Assembly (NCBI RefSeq): GCF_006345805.1
Contig: NC_042999.1
Span: forward strand, 20,460,001-20,524,000
DNA length: 64,000 bases
Direction: 5' to 3'
Source: Octopus sinensis
Lineage: Eukaryota
A model generated the notes under the pieces. It was not told the DNA's origin. It searched no databases and worked only from the letters and a program-made list of their open reading frames with translations. Positions 26,191-40,834 of the stretch are shown one piece after another; the first letter of the stretch is position 1, and every line of letters begins with the position of its first letter. The translations under genes were made by a program, and so were the position numbers.

Positions 26191-26396
26191 ATATATATAT
26201 AAATTGCACGTAAGTGTATAAACAGGAGACACAACTATTACAGGCACTTCCCCCCCCCCCCACACACAGTAACTAAACATAGACACACATAGAGGTATAC
26301 GCATGCGCAAATAAAGACACATGCAATAGGAATACAAAATAAAAATGGCTGACCGTTAGTAAGGAGAGACACACAAATAAGAAAGAAGAAAGCAAA

Positions 26397-26441
26397 GGAC
26401 CACTGATGAGGTCACAGGAGTGTGACGAAAGAACTCTAGCC
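26397..26441 (+). ncRNA. Hammerhead motif, canonical core, perfect stem II, eroded stem I
   Basis: GGACCA-CTGATGA(26403-09)-G-GTCACA-GGAG-TGTGAC-GAAA-G-AA-CTC/TAGCC. Stem I has mismatches. Confidence 0.55.
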
Positions 26442-28029
26442 GAAATAAGATTAAAATTAATGCAAAAAATAAATAAAGCTGAAACAAATTAACACCAAAT
26501 ACATAGTGCGTGTGTTTTTATTGGCTAAAGTGGCAAGATGACCATTTCTAAATACAATAACATATATATATATATACATATATACACACATATACATATA
26601 TATATATATTGCGGTTCACCTGTCGCGGTTTGTTATTTAAGTTTGCGTCGAATCCTCTGTGGTGTTGCTTTGCATCTATAATACGATAGATACATACAAA
26701 TTATAAAAATAAAAAAAAAATTACAGTACAGTACTGCTTCTACTTCGCAGATTTTTACCTATCGTGTGGGAGTGGTTGGAACGTAACACTCTCGATAATC
26801 GAGAGATTACCGTATGTTCATGTGTGTACATACACATACACCAATATATATTTATATGTCTGTATGAATGTATGTATGTATGCATGTTGGTGGATGTGGA
26901 TATGTATGTATGTATGTGTGTATGTGTGTATATGATACTGCTGTCGGTCGAACAAGATTGTGTTGGCCTATGATAAAAGTTGCTCCAATTAGTAAACAGT
27001 GAGGCTAATTAACTACCATAACACACCACACTTTGGCTTCCATGTGTACCACACCAGCACCTCCATCGTTATCCTTTTCCTCATCCTCCTCTTTTTCCTC
27101 ATCATCATCATTCTTATCATCGCGTCCACTCTCACCCTTATTTTTCGTATATCATCTTTCACCATAGCCCCGCAGCTGATTAAAACGCAGTGGTCACACA
27201 AATTAAAACTGAAGTATACCTCATAAAATGTCATAAGACATTAATCTTAAGAAATGTTCATAACAAAAGTCCGCATTGCTGTAACCTCTTCCACATTAGT
27301 TTTCTGTATAACACACACGGACACACACACAAAGACAGCTTCTGTGTGCATTCAAAATTAAATTATTGGACATACGGGACATTTGCAAGGAATATAAAAT
27401 GTATGTTTAAGACCAAAATAAAATTTCAACCATATCCTTCAAGAGCAATTATTATTAAAATGGCTGGCTCTCTTGCTCGACCAAACATTTTGAAAAAAGA
27501 AAGAATAATAATATAAAAAATAATTTATTAGCTTCGTTTTGTTTTGAGAGGAGAAATTGAGATTTTAGTGTAATTGTTTATCGGTAAAGAATTTTATGAC
27601 GAATATTTCATGTAATATTTTTTTATTTATTTTACCTTGGACAAAATATCGCGCGTTATTTGCTCCGGCTCTCATTGTCCTGAGTGTAAAATTTGTCGAG
27701 ATCAATATTACGTTTCCTCCTTTTCGGGTCGATAATACAACGTAACAGTCAAGGTCTAGGTTTGGAGATACCCAGTATCACCCTCTATCACCCAAAATTA
27801 TTATCCGTGTGCCTAAATCAGATCAAACATTATTAGTATTCTTAAGATTGCTCAGTTGGTAGAATCGTAAGTGTCCGGAAAATGCTTTACGTTTGAACTG
27901 AAATCCCACCGAGGTCAAATATAATTTTGGCTGCGTGGTAAGTAGCTTGCCTACGAACCACATGGTTCGTGGTTCAGTCCCACTGCGTGGCACCTTGGGC
28001 AAGTGTCTTCTACTAATAGCCTCGCTACA

Positions 28030-28217
28030 GTTGGAGTTGAACTGTTTGTTTTGTTCAAAGAAACGTTGGCGTTTCTCATACTGGCAGATCCTTTGTGCTT
28101 TGGCAAGGATATCTTGCTTTAGCTTTTCTTTTACCTCAGGTAAATCTTTTTCTGTGATGTTGTATTTGCACAGTATTTTTGTTTTCTTTTTGTTGCTTAG
28201 TAACATTGATTGTCTTC
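28030..28217 (-). pseudogene. R4/Dong-like non-LTR retrotransposon ORF fragment
   Basis: KYNITEKDLPEVKEKLKQDILAKAQRICQYEKRQRFFEQNKQF matches the LKQ...AKAQR...YEKR..F..QNK.F block of R4/Dong ORFs; abuts a (TAC/TAT/TAG)n array. Confidence 0.7.
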
Positions 28218-28345
28218 TACTACTACTACTACTACTACTACTACAACTACTACTACTACTACTACTACTCATTATTATTATTATTAGTAGTAGTAGTAGT
28301 ATTACTACAACTACTACTACTAATACTACCACTACTACTAGCACC
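28218..28345. repeat. (TAC)n/(TAT)n/(TAG)n trinucleotide array
   Basis: Direct reading. Confidence 0.95.
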
Positions 28346-30569
28346 ATGATCCGGCAACACCGGGTCATAGTGATAGTGCATGCATATATAGCTGCGTGCG
28401 TGCGCACATACACGCGAGTACTGTCCAAATCTCCGCCCAATCATATGTAGCTAGCTGGCATTCAATTGGAGTATCAAGTTTCGGGAATTTTGATTGGGTT
28501 TTGGATAGAAAATTCACAAAAAGTCAATTCTATTGATTTTTTAATGGCTTTGCGGGGTGACTGGGGAAATTTAAAGATGTGCACCATCACCCTTGGACGG
28601 TTTTGAATTACCATAGAAACTGTGATCCCTCTAACTGAAAAATTGTGGATTTGTATAAAGAACACGCACACACACACACACACAGACATTTTGCCGTTTA
28701 TATATACAGATTATTCAGAGAGCGTCGGATAAGGGAATCGCGCCATTTGTCAAGCGTTGTGTGTGTATGGTGGGGAGGAACATACACGATAACAAACATA
28801 CATATATACGACGGGCACTCACACAGTTGCTCTCTGCCAAATTCGCTCAGAATTCTTTGGTTGGCACTGGGCTATAATAGAACACACCTGCGTTAGGTGC
28901 CGCGCAGTAGGGACAGAACCCAAAGCGATTTTGTTGTAAAACGATCTCCTTAGCCTCACAACCATGAAAATTTATTAATTCCTTATTCAGATACAGAGTC
29001 ATAAATTTTAGATGGGGAGAACATTCGAATATATCGCCCCCACTACCAGGCTGGCATTTTATAGCATCAACTTCGGAAAGATTAAAAGTAATGTTGACCT
29101 CGGAGAGATTTTAACGCAGAATAAAGCACTATAAGAGTGTATAGCAATCATTTTCTTCGACATTGTTACGTGTCTACCAATCTATATTTCATGCATATAG
29201 TTTAGAATTTCGTCTTCATATTCTTTACACTCTCCACTATATTTTATTAAACCGACTTGATAAAACATCTCAAATCGGTTTCATATGCATACAATTCCAA
29301 AGTAATCCACAAATATACGTCTGTCACGTTTCATATAAATTCTTATGAATTGCAAATAGATTATGCACAAACACAATTTCTGTGGAAAAGATGTAGCAGA
29401 TTGAATCGAATTTAGCTATGTTACGTGTACCTATGCGTTAAGATAGATATATTGGAGTGAAAAAAAATACAAAGCAAAAATAAATAAAAAACACATTAAT
29501 TTGTTGTATGAGTAGAATGAAAGTTACCTATAGATGCAAAAGAAGCATCTATAGGTAATAAGTTTGCTTCGTAACCACATCGTTCCGGGTTCAGTCCCAC
29601 TACGTAACATGTTGGACAAGTGTCTTCTAATATAGCTTCGAGCTTTCTTATGAGTGGATTTGGTAGACGGAAAGTGAAAATAGTCTGTTGTACATAAATG
29701 TATATACATATATATGTGTGTTTGTATGAAGTATGTGAGTGTGTATGTGAGCGTGTGTTTATGTGTTTGTGTGTTTGCTTTCCCACCCACTGCTCGGCAA
29801 CAAGCGCTGGCGTGCTTAAGTCTCCATAAATTAACGATTCGGTAGAACAGGCCTACAGGATAAGTATCAGGCGTTCAAATAATAATAATAATAATAAGTC
29901 TTTCTACTATAGGCACAAGACCTGAAATTCGTGGGGAAGGGTCTAGTGGATTATATTGACACCAGAACTCAACTGGTACTTGTTTCATCAATACCAAAAG
30001 GATGAAAGGCGAAGTCGACCTCGGCGGAATTTGAACTTGAACGTAGCAGCGTTTCAACTCTATGACTATTTATGTGTGTATGTAAAAGGGAGATATGCGA
30101 ATGTATGTGTGTGTGTGTGTGTGTGTGCTGAAAAGATATATCACACGGCATTTCAACTCTGAGTATATGTGTGTATGTGTGTGCATATACTAGGGAAATA
30201 TGTGAATGTTTGCATGTGTGGTTATAATATACCTTATTTTGTACCTTATTTATATATAAAATAGTACAATCAGCCGTCATTTTTGACGGCACAGGATCAG
30301 CTAGTAAGCATAATGATGATAATAATAATATGGTTCTCATGGCTTCTGATCTTAACTGATTGGAAGTGTTATCATGTACGTTGTTTTGTCTTCATATAAA
30401 AGATGGACTACAGCAAATATTCTGCTCAATACCATAGATTTCCTTGTCAGCTGTGGTAAGTAGCTTGCTTACCAATCATATCCTTAAGATTGCTCAATTG
30501 GTAGAATCGAAAGTATCTGAAAAATGCTTTACGTTTCAGCTGAAATCCCACCGAGGGTCAAATTAAATT

Positions 30570-30970
30570 TTGGCTGTGTGGTAAGTAGCTTGCTTACCAA
30601 CCACATGGTTCCGGGTTCAGTCCCACTGCGTGGCACCTTGGGTATGTGTCTTCTACTGTAGCCTGGGGCCGACCAAAGCCTTTTTAGTGGATTTGGTAGA
30701 CGGAAACTGGGGGAAGCCCCTCGTATATATGTGTATATATATATATATATATCTGTGTGTGTGTGTGTGTTTGTGTGTCTGTGTCCCCCCAACATCGCTT
30801 GACAACTGATGGTGGTGTGTTTATGTCCCTGTAACTTAGCGGTTCGGCAAAAGTGAACGATAGAATACGTACTAGGCTTACAAAGAATAAGTCCTAGGAT
30901 CGATTTGCTCAACTAAAGGCGGTGCTCCAGCTTGGACGCAGTCAACTGACTGAAACAAGTAAAAGAGTAA
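30570..30970 (+). mobile_element. SINE family A
   Basis: Colinear with 4862-5262. Confidence 0.88.
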
Positions 30971-31689
30971 AGTGTATATTCTGTTCTACATTTTACAGAA
31001 AAGTTTTTTCTCAGTGTGGGATTTTGTGCAGTCGGGTCATTGTGCAGTTATGTGCATTTCTCTATATCCTGTCTTACACACGAGACTTCTGACCTTACCT
31101 ATTTCGTCTCCTTTTATCTTTGATGGAACCGACGAATGAGCAAAGGCATTCTAGCCAAAAACATCTGATCATATTTCTTTTATCCACTCGTGTTTAAATG
31201 AAGTGCAGGTAACGCGGAACTTAGGCTGCTATTTTTATCTCATCCCTTTGGTCAGCGTTTATACGCATTGATTCTTGATATAAGCTGTACTGCCGTCTTG
31301 ATGATTATTATGAAGAAAAATATCTTTAATAAATAGAGAAATCATAATCGAAATGTTATAAGTATATCTCTGGATTGCATTTCCCAACATATCCAATAAG
31401 ATTAAAGAGATTACTGCAAGATAGATCTTATAAACTTCGATGTTGTTATTTTGTTTTCTTCCTATGTATCCACTCAATCATGCTGAAAACATTTCCGAAG
31501 GTGATAGATGACTGTTTAATAGACTGAAACAAGTAAACAAATACTCGTTTAAAAATAAAAATATATAGTACCATCAGCACTTTTCATTCTCTTATGTATA
31601 TGATGTTCAAAAATACTTTTTTAAAGAAACCATTATTGTAAGATTAGCCCCAGTTTATGAAGCATAATGATATATAGGAGTGATATATA

Positions 31690-32095
31690 CAGGAGTGGCT
31701 GTGTAGTAAGTAGCTTGCCTATCAACCACATGGTTCCGGGTTCAGTCCCACTGCGTGGCATCTTGGGCGAGTGTCTTCTGCTATAGCCCCGGGCCGACCA
31801 ATGCCATGTGAGTGGATTTGGTAGACGGAAACTGAAAGAAGCCTGTCGTATATATGTATATATATGTATGTGTATGTATATGTTTGTGTGTCTGTGTTTG
31901 TCCCCCTAGCATTGCTTGACAACCGATGCTGGTGTGTTTACGTCCCCGTTACTTAGCGGTTCGGCAAAACAGACCGATAGAATAAGTACTGGGCTTACAA
32001 AAAGAATAAGTCCCGGGGTCGATTTGCTCGACTAAAGGCGGTGCTCCAGCATGGCCGCAGAAAATGACTGAAACAAGTAAAAATGAGTAAAGAGT
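31690..32095 (+). mobile_element. SINE family A, full length
   Basis: Very close to 4862-5262. Confidence 0.92.
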
Positions 32096-32239
32096 ATATA
32101 TATATATATATAGAAAGGTACACGCACACATATATACATATATTTACATACACACACATAATCCTTTTGTTCGCCTGACCTACTTTAGGGAGTAAAACTT
32201 TAGAAATGCAAAATATTAAATCCAATTCTTCCTCCTTCT

Positions 32240-32465
32240 TATTTCTTTATTGACCACAAGGGGCTAAACATAGAGGGGACAAACAAAGACAGACAAAGGG
32301 ATTAAGTTGATTACATCGACCCCAGTGCGTAACTGGTACTTAATTTATAACCCCGAAAAGATGAAAGGTAAAGTCGACCTCGGCGGAATTTGAACTCAGA
32401 ACGTAACGGCAGACGAAATACGGCTAAGCATTTCGCCCGGCGTGCTAACGATTCTGCCAGCTCGC
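32240..32465 (-). mobile_element. SINE family B, full length
   Basis: Reverse complement of 45167-45397. Confidence 0.9.
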
Positions 32466-33701
32466 GGTCTTTATTCTTCCTCCCTCTATCGGCACTTTTG
32501 CAAAAGCACATGTCTCTTTTTTCACTCGGTATTTGCCAGAGTTAACATTCCTATTCTGCTTTCTCTTGGTACTTGGCAGATATAAATCCCAGTTCTTGCC
32601 TGTAACTAAGCAAACTATTGTTTATTTCTTCAGATTTTTTAAGGGAGCAATCCTTACCTTATTTCCTTAGTGCTCTCACTCTGTCTTTGTATTTCTCTCC
32701 TTCTCTTTACTCATGGCAGTCACTGAGGTAACACATAACTTACTACTCGTCAACACAGCAAGGTAAATTTATTTACACCCTGCTTCTCCCATTTTCTTCC
32801 GGCCACATCGCGGTAAACATCAAATCACCGCATCAACCTACACGGATAACAACAGAACTTCTAATATTTATTCAACAAGTCTAAAAACTTGTTTTATATT
32901 GTAACAGTAAACGAGAGCCATTTTAACTGTCAATTATTTCTTGTCATATAACGCCTGTTATTAACATTGATTTTATATTTTGTCACAAGGCCAGCAATTT
33001 TGTGGGGAGATGCTGAGTTGATACAATTAGCCCCAGTTCTCAACTATTACTTATGTTATCGACCTCGAAAGGATGAAAGACAAATTCGACCCCGAGGGCA
33101 TTTGAACCAAAAACGTATCACAGACGAAACGCCGCTAAGCATTTTGCCCCTCGTACTAACGATTCAACCAGCTAACCACCTAAAATTGGTAATTCATATT
33201 AGGTTCAAATTTTGGCACAAGGCCCGCAATTTCGAGAGAGGGTGTAAGTCGATTACGTCAACTCCAGTATACCTTATTTCCTTAGTACTGATTTTTTAAG
33301 GGAGCAATCCGTACCTTATTTCCTTAGAGCTGTCACTCTCAGTCTCTTTCTCTGTCTCTGCATCTCTCTCTCCCTCTTTTTTTTCTGAGGTAACACATAA
33401 CTTGTTATCCGTCAATCCAATGAGGTAAATTGGTTTACACCCTGCCTCTCTCATTTTTTTCCGGTCACATAGCGGTAAATATGAAATGACCGCATGAACC
33501 TACAAGAATAACAACAGAACTTCTAATATTTATTCAACAAGTCGAAAAAGTGTTTAGGGCCATATTATTTCTTATCATTTATACCAACCACCGTTACTTT
33601 AACACAGCACAATATCCCTTACATACTGAAGACTACGAATCGAACACCTAGCGATTCTAACCAACATAAAGAACCACACGCACACAAGCTCATATACATT
33701 T

Positions 33702-33751
<50 letters not shown>

Positions 33752-34599
33752 ATATATATGTCTGCCTGTATGTGTGTGTGTTCATATATAGAAAGTGTGA
33801 AAATAGCAAATATGTTAGCCATTCCTATTCTGTGGCTTATTTTTACGTGCAATATTGACTGAACTGCCGCCAAATCAAAGTAGTCTATATTGGTGCTTAT
33901 CTTCTTTGAAAACGTCACATCAATATAGGTATGGCAACACAATTTACATTGATCTTGCTATATTTTAGCTGTCACTAAGTGCTGAATATTCTAATCCACT
34001 AAGTAGCTCTCCTATATATATATATAATATATTTTATATATGTTGAGAAGTTGGACAACATAATAAACAGTGCCATACGGATACTATAATCTACAGAGCA
34101 CAGAGTTTAGACATTCTGTTGTTGTTGATGTTCTTGTTTTGACCCAATTCAACAGAATTAGTAAGAAAAAGACCTACCTAGGATCAGTCCGTAATTTCAT
34201 ACATCTATAATGAAAATTGTAGTGGGTGTTGGGTGAGATTTGGTGGTATTTTGGCTGTTGTTTCTAGTGTGTTGTATGTTCATCCATATGGAGACTTCTT
34301 TATTGTAACCACTATACCAATAACAGCGTCAAGGTGCACATCAAGGTTTGCTTTGTTGGAATTCTTTATCCCCGGGGCAGACCTGATTAAACGGAACCAT
34401 AATTAATCGCAGTCAAACCATATGTCAACTTTTTCTGATGTATTTGCAATCCAGGATAACTTTGTTAAATTGCTTATAAGATGGTGGAATCTAATTTAAG
34501 GGGAATTTTGCAGTTATTTCTAGCTGGTAAAGCGATAGTATAGTAGTTGTGAGTGGCATAAATATAAAAATTTCATTCCGGGTGAAATATATAGATTTG

Positions 34600-35010
34600 T
34601 TACTCTTTGCTCTTTACTCTTTACTCTTTTAATTCTTTCAGTCATTTGACTGTGGCCATGCTGGAGCACCATCTTCAGATGACCAAATCGACACCAGGAC
34701 TTATTCGTTGTAAGACTAATACTTATTCTATGGGTCTCTTTTACCGAACCGCTAAGTAACGGGGACGTAAACACAGCCAGCATTGGTTGTCAAGCGATGT
34801 TGGGGGCGAAACACAGGCACCAAACATATACACATATACACACACATATATATATACATAAATACGACGGGCTTCTTTCAGTATCCGTCTACCAAATCTA
34901 TTCTCAAAGCTTTGGTCAGCCCGAGGCTATAGCAGAAGGTGCCATGCAGTAGGACGGAACCCGGAACCATGTGGTTTGTAAGCAAGCTACTACCCATACA
35001 GCCACTCCTA
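34600..35010 (-). mobile_element. SINE family A, full length
   Basis: Reverse complement of consensus with (GTAAAAGA)n tail. Confidence 0.9.
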
Positions 35011-36402
35011 CGGCTGTTATTAACATTGATTTTATAGTTTGTCACAAGGCCAGCAATTTCGTGGGGAGAAGCTAAGTCGATACAATTGGCCCAGTTCTCA
35101 CTAATACTTATTTTATCGACCTCGAAAGGATGAAAGGCAAACTCGATCCCGGGGGCATTTGAACCAAGAACGTATCACAGACGAAATGCCGCTAAGCATT
35201 TTGACCCTCGTGCTAACAATTCTGCCAACTAACCACCTCAAATTTGTCATTCATATTAGGTTCAAATTTTGGTTCAAGGCCCGCAATTTCGAGGGACCTT
35301 TTAAATCAATTACATCAACCCCAGTTTTTGACTGGTACTTATTTTATCAATCCCGAAAGGATAAAAGACAAAGTTGACCCCGGTGGCATTTGAACTCAGA
35401 ACTCAGAACTTAATAAATGCCGCTAAGTATTTTGTCTAAAGCGATAATGGTACTGCCAGTTCGCCAGCTTAGGCTTGTTATTAATGTTGTTGTCGATGAG
35501 TAGCCCCTGATTAAATATGATTGATCAGATTTATGTTTACAGAGTTTCTGGATTTCACTATTAGGTCCTTGATTAGACATACTGCAATTCCATCTATAAT
35601 GAAATTTTATTCTTGCATGTGGCAATATTGATGTAATTATATAGCCGTTCTTCTTGCTGTTATTCTGGTGCACCATAAATTTGCATCAATTCTATCACAA
35701 ACTACAACAGGCATCCGATGTAGAGGAACAACAGATGTCTTTGTTGTATCATGTACAGTTTTCCATACTCCACTCTGATGACCACTAGAATGTTCAGAGT
35801 ACAGATTTACAATACTGAGAAAGCTTCAAGAAATATGTAAACTTCCTAAAATTTTGTATTACCGTCTCATAAAGACGAGGCCCTTGTGATAACATAATTC
35901 TAGATAAACTATGTATGAAAAGCATGGAATAATTATGACCACGCGCTTTTGATTAAAGTTCTGCGCGATAAAAGCATAGGTAGATCTAAATAAGGATACA
36001 ACAGACATAAAAGGGTTAAACATCTGTAAAGTAAAACATCAGTGGAACTACGAGTAACAAGTCATACGATAAACATGTATGTCAGAAAATGTATTGTTGC
36101 CGTCCACTGGGCATATATGTGGTATATATGATGCATTAGATCTAATTATATCACTTTGAACCGATTATTGTTTATTTGTTAAATGCCACACCTTGTAATT
36201 TTTTGTTAAATCGTGTGTCTTCAAAACTGCTCTTTTTATATTCGATTTGACAGCAGCTTTTCCCAATGTAGATTTCGATTGAAATCAAGTATATACAGTA
36301 TAGGGAGAGTTTACGAAAAAAAAACCCCAAAAGACGAAGACAAGTGGTGTACAAAACAAACAGATGTATTAGTATAACGCTCAGGAATAGAAAAAAAAAT
36401 TA

Positions 36403-36437
36403 TTTTACGTTTCGAGCCTACGCTCTTCTACAGAAAG
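36403..36437 (-). ncRNA. Minimal hammerhead-like motif, CUGU(N)GA (A6U) family
   Basis: CTTT-CTGTAGA-A-GAGC-GTAG-GCTC-GAAAC-GTA/AAA. Homolog at 42722-42757; related flanks at 40895-40995. Confidence 0.45.
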
Positions 36438-38377
36438 GGACACAGAAAAAACAAGGAGAGAAAAATATATATAGTATACACGAGTGTATACAGCATATGA
36501 ATGACTAAGTAACCAGGGATCAAATAAATAGTATATACAGCTTTCCTAAACGTAACACTTATGTGTTTGAAATATTTTTGTATCGATCCACTAAAGCAGG
36601 ACTGCTTGCTTCTGGCTGCCTGATCGGAGTTTGATCCCTAAATGTTACAGTCAAGCTGTAAGTGGATCTACCTTTGAAATCAATCTATCAAACCATCATC
36701 TTTCGCTCTTTTGTTATACTCTCATTCATCTTGCTTCAGCACAATGAACGTGAGAGACAGTGAGGGAGGTTTCCATACAGGAAACCGTCTATGATATAAT
36801 GAGAAAAAGAAGACCTCAAAGTTGGAATATACATTTGCAGTCTACTCAGTCATTGAGACGATTTAATTTTAGTAACTAGCAATCAAGTTAGTGAACCAAA
36901 ATGTCCGGAATGAAGGAATTATTCAATGTAGCAGAAGGAATTTCTTATTCTATTTAGTTTCTTTTGAATTGTTGAAAGAATTTATTTCTAGCCATTTATT
37001 CTGTTTTGTCTGTAAAAGTTGCAATTAATTAAATAACTTTGGTCTTTGCAGTCAAATGGTACAGAAATTTACTTCATTTCATTTCTTTGACAGAATATTT
37101 TCATCGGAGGCACCATAATTCACCATGTTTCGGCCACATTATCAATACAAACTGAAATTGGTTTTGAACTACAAACATTCTACGAAGTTGTTATGCTAAC
37201 TCTCACACACTAAGGGTATCTCTAGAGGCATATGTCTCCATAGTTCGGAGATCAGAGAGTCTCTGAAGGTCGAGCTGCTACTTGTCCACACTGAGCGGTA
37301 ACAGCTCAGGTACTGCTGATATGTCATTTGAATATCGCAAGAAAGGATCACAATAGGGATGATTAAAGCCAAATAAACTGACAGGAGACCTAGGGGTAGA
37401 GTCTACGCTTCTTAACTTGGGTTCATATGGCCGATGAGAACCCATGTAAGATCTTTGGGTAGGGACCCAACGTAACAAAATAGTAGATTGAAGATCCATA
37501 ATAATAATAATTTAAGGGTCTCTGAAATGGTTTCGATTTAGATTGTATTCGTATGTAGGGCAAGAAACAGATAGGCTTCTTTCTCTAACATTTTACATAG
37601 TTCAACCTATACAAGTCAATGTGTGAAAAACAAAATAGGAATTTAGAAAAAAAAACAATTATAAAACTAGTTTTTAGACATCGAATGGCCATGGGGAACC
37701 GCAAGGACAAAAGAGTAATAAATAAACAAAATGGCTGAGAACCCTTAGAGGTAGACCAAGAAAACAACAAGGATGGAGAATAACTACACTTGAGAATCGA
37801 TCTGAAAAGTGTGATGACAGTCTCTTTTCTTTTAATAAGACCATATGAAGGATGTGTCTGAGGAGTAGGAAGACAAAATGTATGCATGTATATTGTCTAC
37901 ATAGTAATCAAGGGAGATAATTACCTGGTAGTGAACGCCTGCGAGCAATGATATTTTTAACTAAAATTTACATGTTGCACACACACTATATATATATTAC
38001 ATATCTCATAATTAAATTCTCTATCCGAATCCAATAGTCGGTCTTGTTGAGAAATGCAATGAACTCTGATCTCTGGCACTTCTCCATTTCTATAGGAAAA
38101 ACTGGATTTAACACTGCAATACAAAAACATCTCATTCACAAAATTGGGATCTTCACCTTTTGACTGACAGATTAAAAAAATATTTTTTATAACTAAACAC
38201 TTTCAAACTTCGGACACTGGTAGAATGTGTCACATAAAACATCTTTTACTCTTAGCATTTTTGAGAAAAACTTATATTTACGAACCGCTAAGTTACAGGG
38301 TACGTAAACACTACAGCATCAGTTGTCAAGCGATGGAAGGGGGAAAAACCATACAAACACGCAAATACACACACACA

Positions 38378-38415
<38 letters not shown>

Positions 38416-38454
38416 ACACACACACACACACCACACACACGCACACACACATAC

Positions 38455-38651
38455 ATATATTTATATATACGATGGGCTTCTTTCAGTTACCGTCTACCAA
38501 ATCCACTCACAAGCCTTTGGTCGTCCCGTGGCTATAGTAGAAGATAATTGACCAAGGTGCGACGCAGTGGGTTTGAACACGGAACCATGTGGTTGGGAAG
38601 CAAGCTTCTTGCCACAGAGCCACTCCTGCGCCCATTGTATGCATGTATGTA

Positions 38652-38734
<83 letters not shown>

Positions 38735-39448
38735 CATACATATCTATATACATAAATATACAGAGATAGATGTATAGATAGACACAGAGCGAGGGGGAAA
38801 AGAAAGGCATAGTGACAGTAATAACCTGGTGTAAAGATTCACCATGCTTATGCTTCAGAGAAAAGATTTAGTCGACTACAGAGATTAATGAGTGATTATA
38901 TAAGTGTCAAGAGAACAAAAAATTATGCAATTAACTTCATTAACTTACAGATGTTTCTGCTACCACATCCAATGCACTACATGTCGGTGATGCTTCCCGT
39001 ATTTATAAATGCTTACCCCAAATAAACTTGCACTTCATTTCCAAAGCAACGTCAGAGCTATAAGACAGTGCAGAAGCACTCATCTGTGAGTACGTTGCAT
39101 CCTATAACAGAAACAGCTGTAATGTGATAAAGTTCGTTACATAATTCTTGTTTCCTTGTCAATTACATACATGCGGGCACTTATGTGTGTGTGTATGTGT
39201 GTGTGTGTGTGTGTGTACATATACATATAGATACGTGCATACATCCGTTTTTCGATATTGTAGTTAAACATCTATCAACCTCCACTCTTTCTTTCATCTA
39301 TCGTTATAGCCATATAGCTAGCTAACTATCCACTCAGACAATACGGGTAATCATTCAAACTTTCTGAAAGAAACATTACAAATGCCCTCCTGGTGAGAAG
39401 GCCCAGTCGAAAACCATATCCTACAGTTCCGTAATTAAACAAACATTC

Positions 39449-39485
<37 letters not shown>

Positions 39486-39575
39486 ATATATATATATGTA
39501 TATAACAATATTTACATACATACATAAATAAATACATACATAAAAATACACACATACATATATACACATATATGA

Positions 39576-39622
<47 letters not shown>

Positions 39623-39837
39623 TATATATATATATACATACATATATTATATATACGATGGGCTTCTTTCAGTTACCGTCTACCAAATCCACTCACAAGC
39701 CTTTGGTCGTCCCGTGGCTATAGTAGAAGATAATTGACCAAGGTGCGACGCAGTGGGTTTGAACACGGAACCATGTGGTTGGGAAGCAAGCTTCTTGCCA
39801 CAGAGCCACTCCTGCGCCCATTGTATGCATGTATGTA

Positions 39838-39936
<99 letters not shown>

Positions 39937-40771
39937 CTATATACATAAATATACAGAGATAGATGTATAGATAGACACAGAGCGAGGGGGAAAAGAAAGG
40001 CATAGTGACAGTAATAACCTGGTGTAAAGATTCACCATGCTTATGCTTCAGAGAAAAGATTTAGTCGACTACAGAGATTAATGAGTGATTATATAAGTGT
40101 CAAGAGAACAAAAAATTATGCAATTAACTTCATTAACTTACAGATGTTTCTGCTACCACATCCAATGCACTACATGTCGGTGATGCTTCCCGTATTTATA
40201 AATGCTTACCCCAAATAAACTTGCACTTCATTTCCAAAGCAACGTCAGAGCTATAAGACAGTGCAGAAGCACTCATCTGTGAGTACGTTGCATCCTATAA
40301 CAGAAACAGCTGTAATGTGATAAAGTTCGTTACATAATTCTTGTTTCCTTGTCAATTACATACATGCGGGCACTTATGTGTGTGTGTATGTGTGTGTGTG
40401 TGTGTGTGTACATATACATATAGATACGTGCATACATCCGTTTTTCGATATTGTAGTTAAACATCTATCAACCTCCACTCTTTCTTTCATCTATCGTTAT
40501 AGCCATATAGCTAGCTAACTATCCACTCAGACAATACGGGTAATCATTCAAACTTTCTGAAAGAAACATTACAAATGCCCTCCTGGTGAGAAGGCCCAGT
40601 CGAAAACCATATCCTACAGTTCCGTAATTAAACAAACATTCATATATATATATATAATATATATATATATATTATATATATATATATATATATGTATATA
40701 ACAATATTTACATACATACATAAATAAATACATACATAAAAATACACACATACATATATACACATATATGA

Positions 40772-40834
<63 letters not shown>

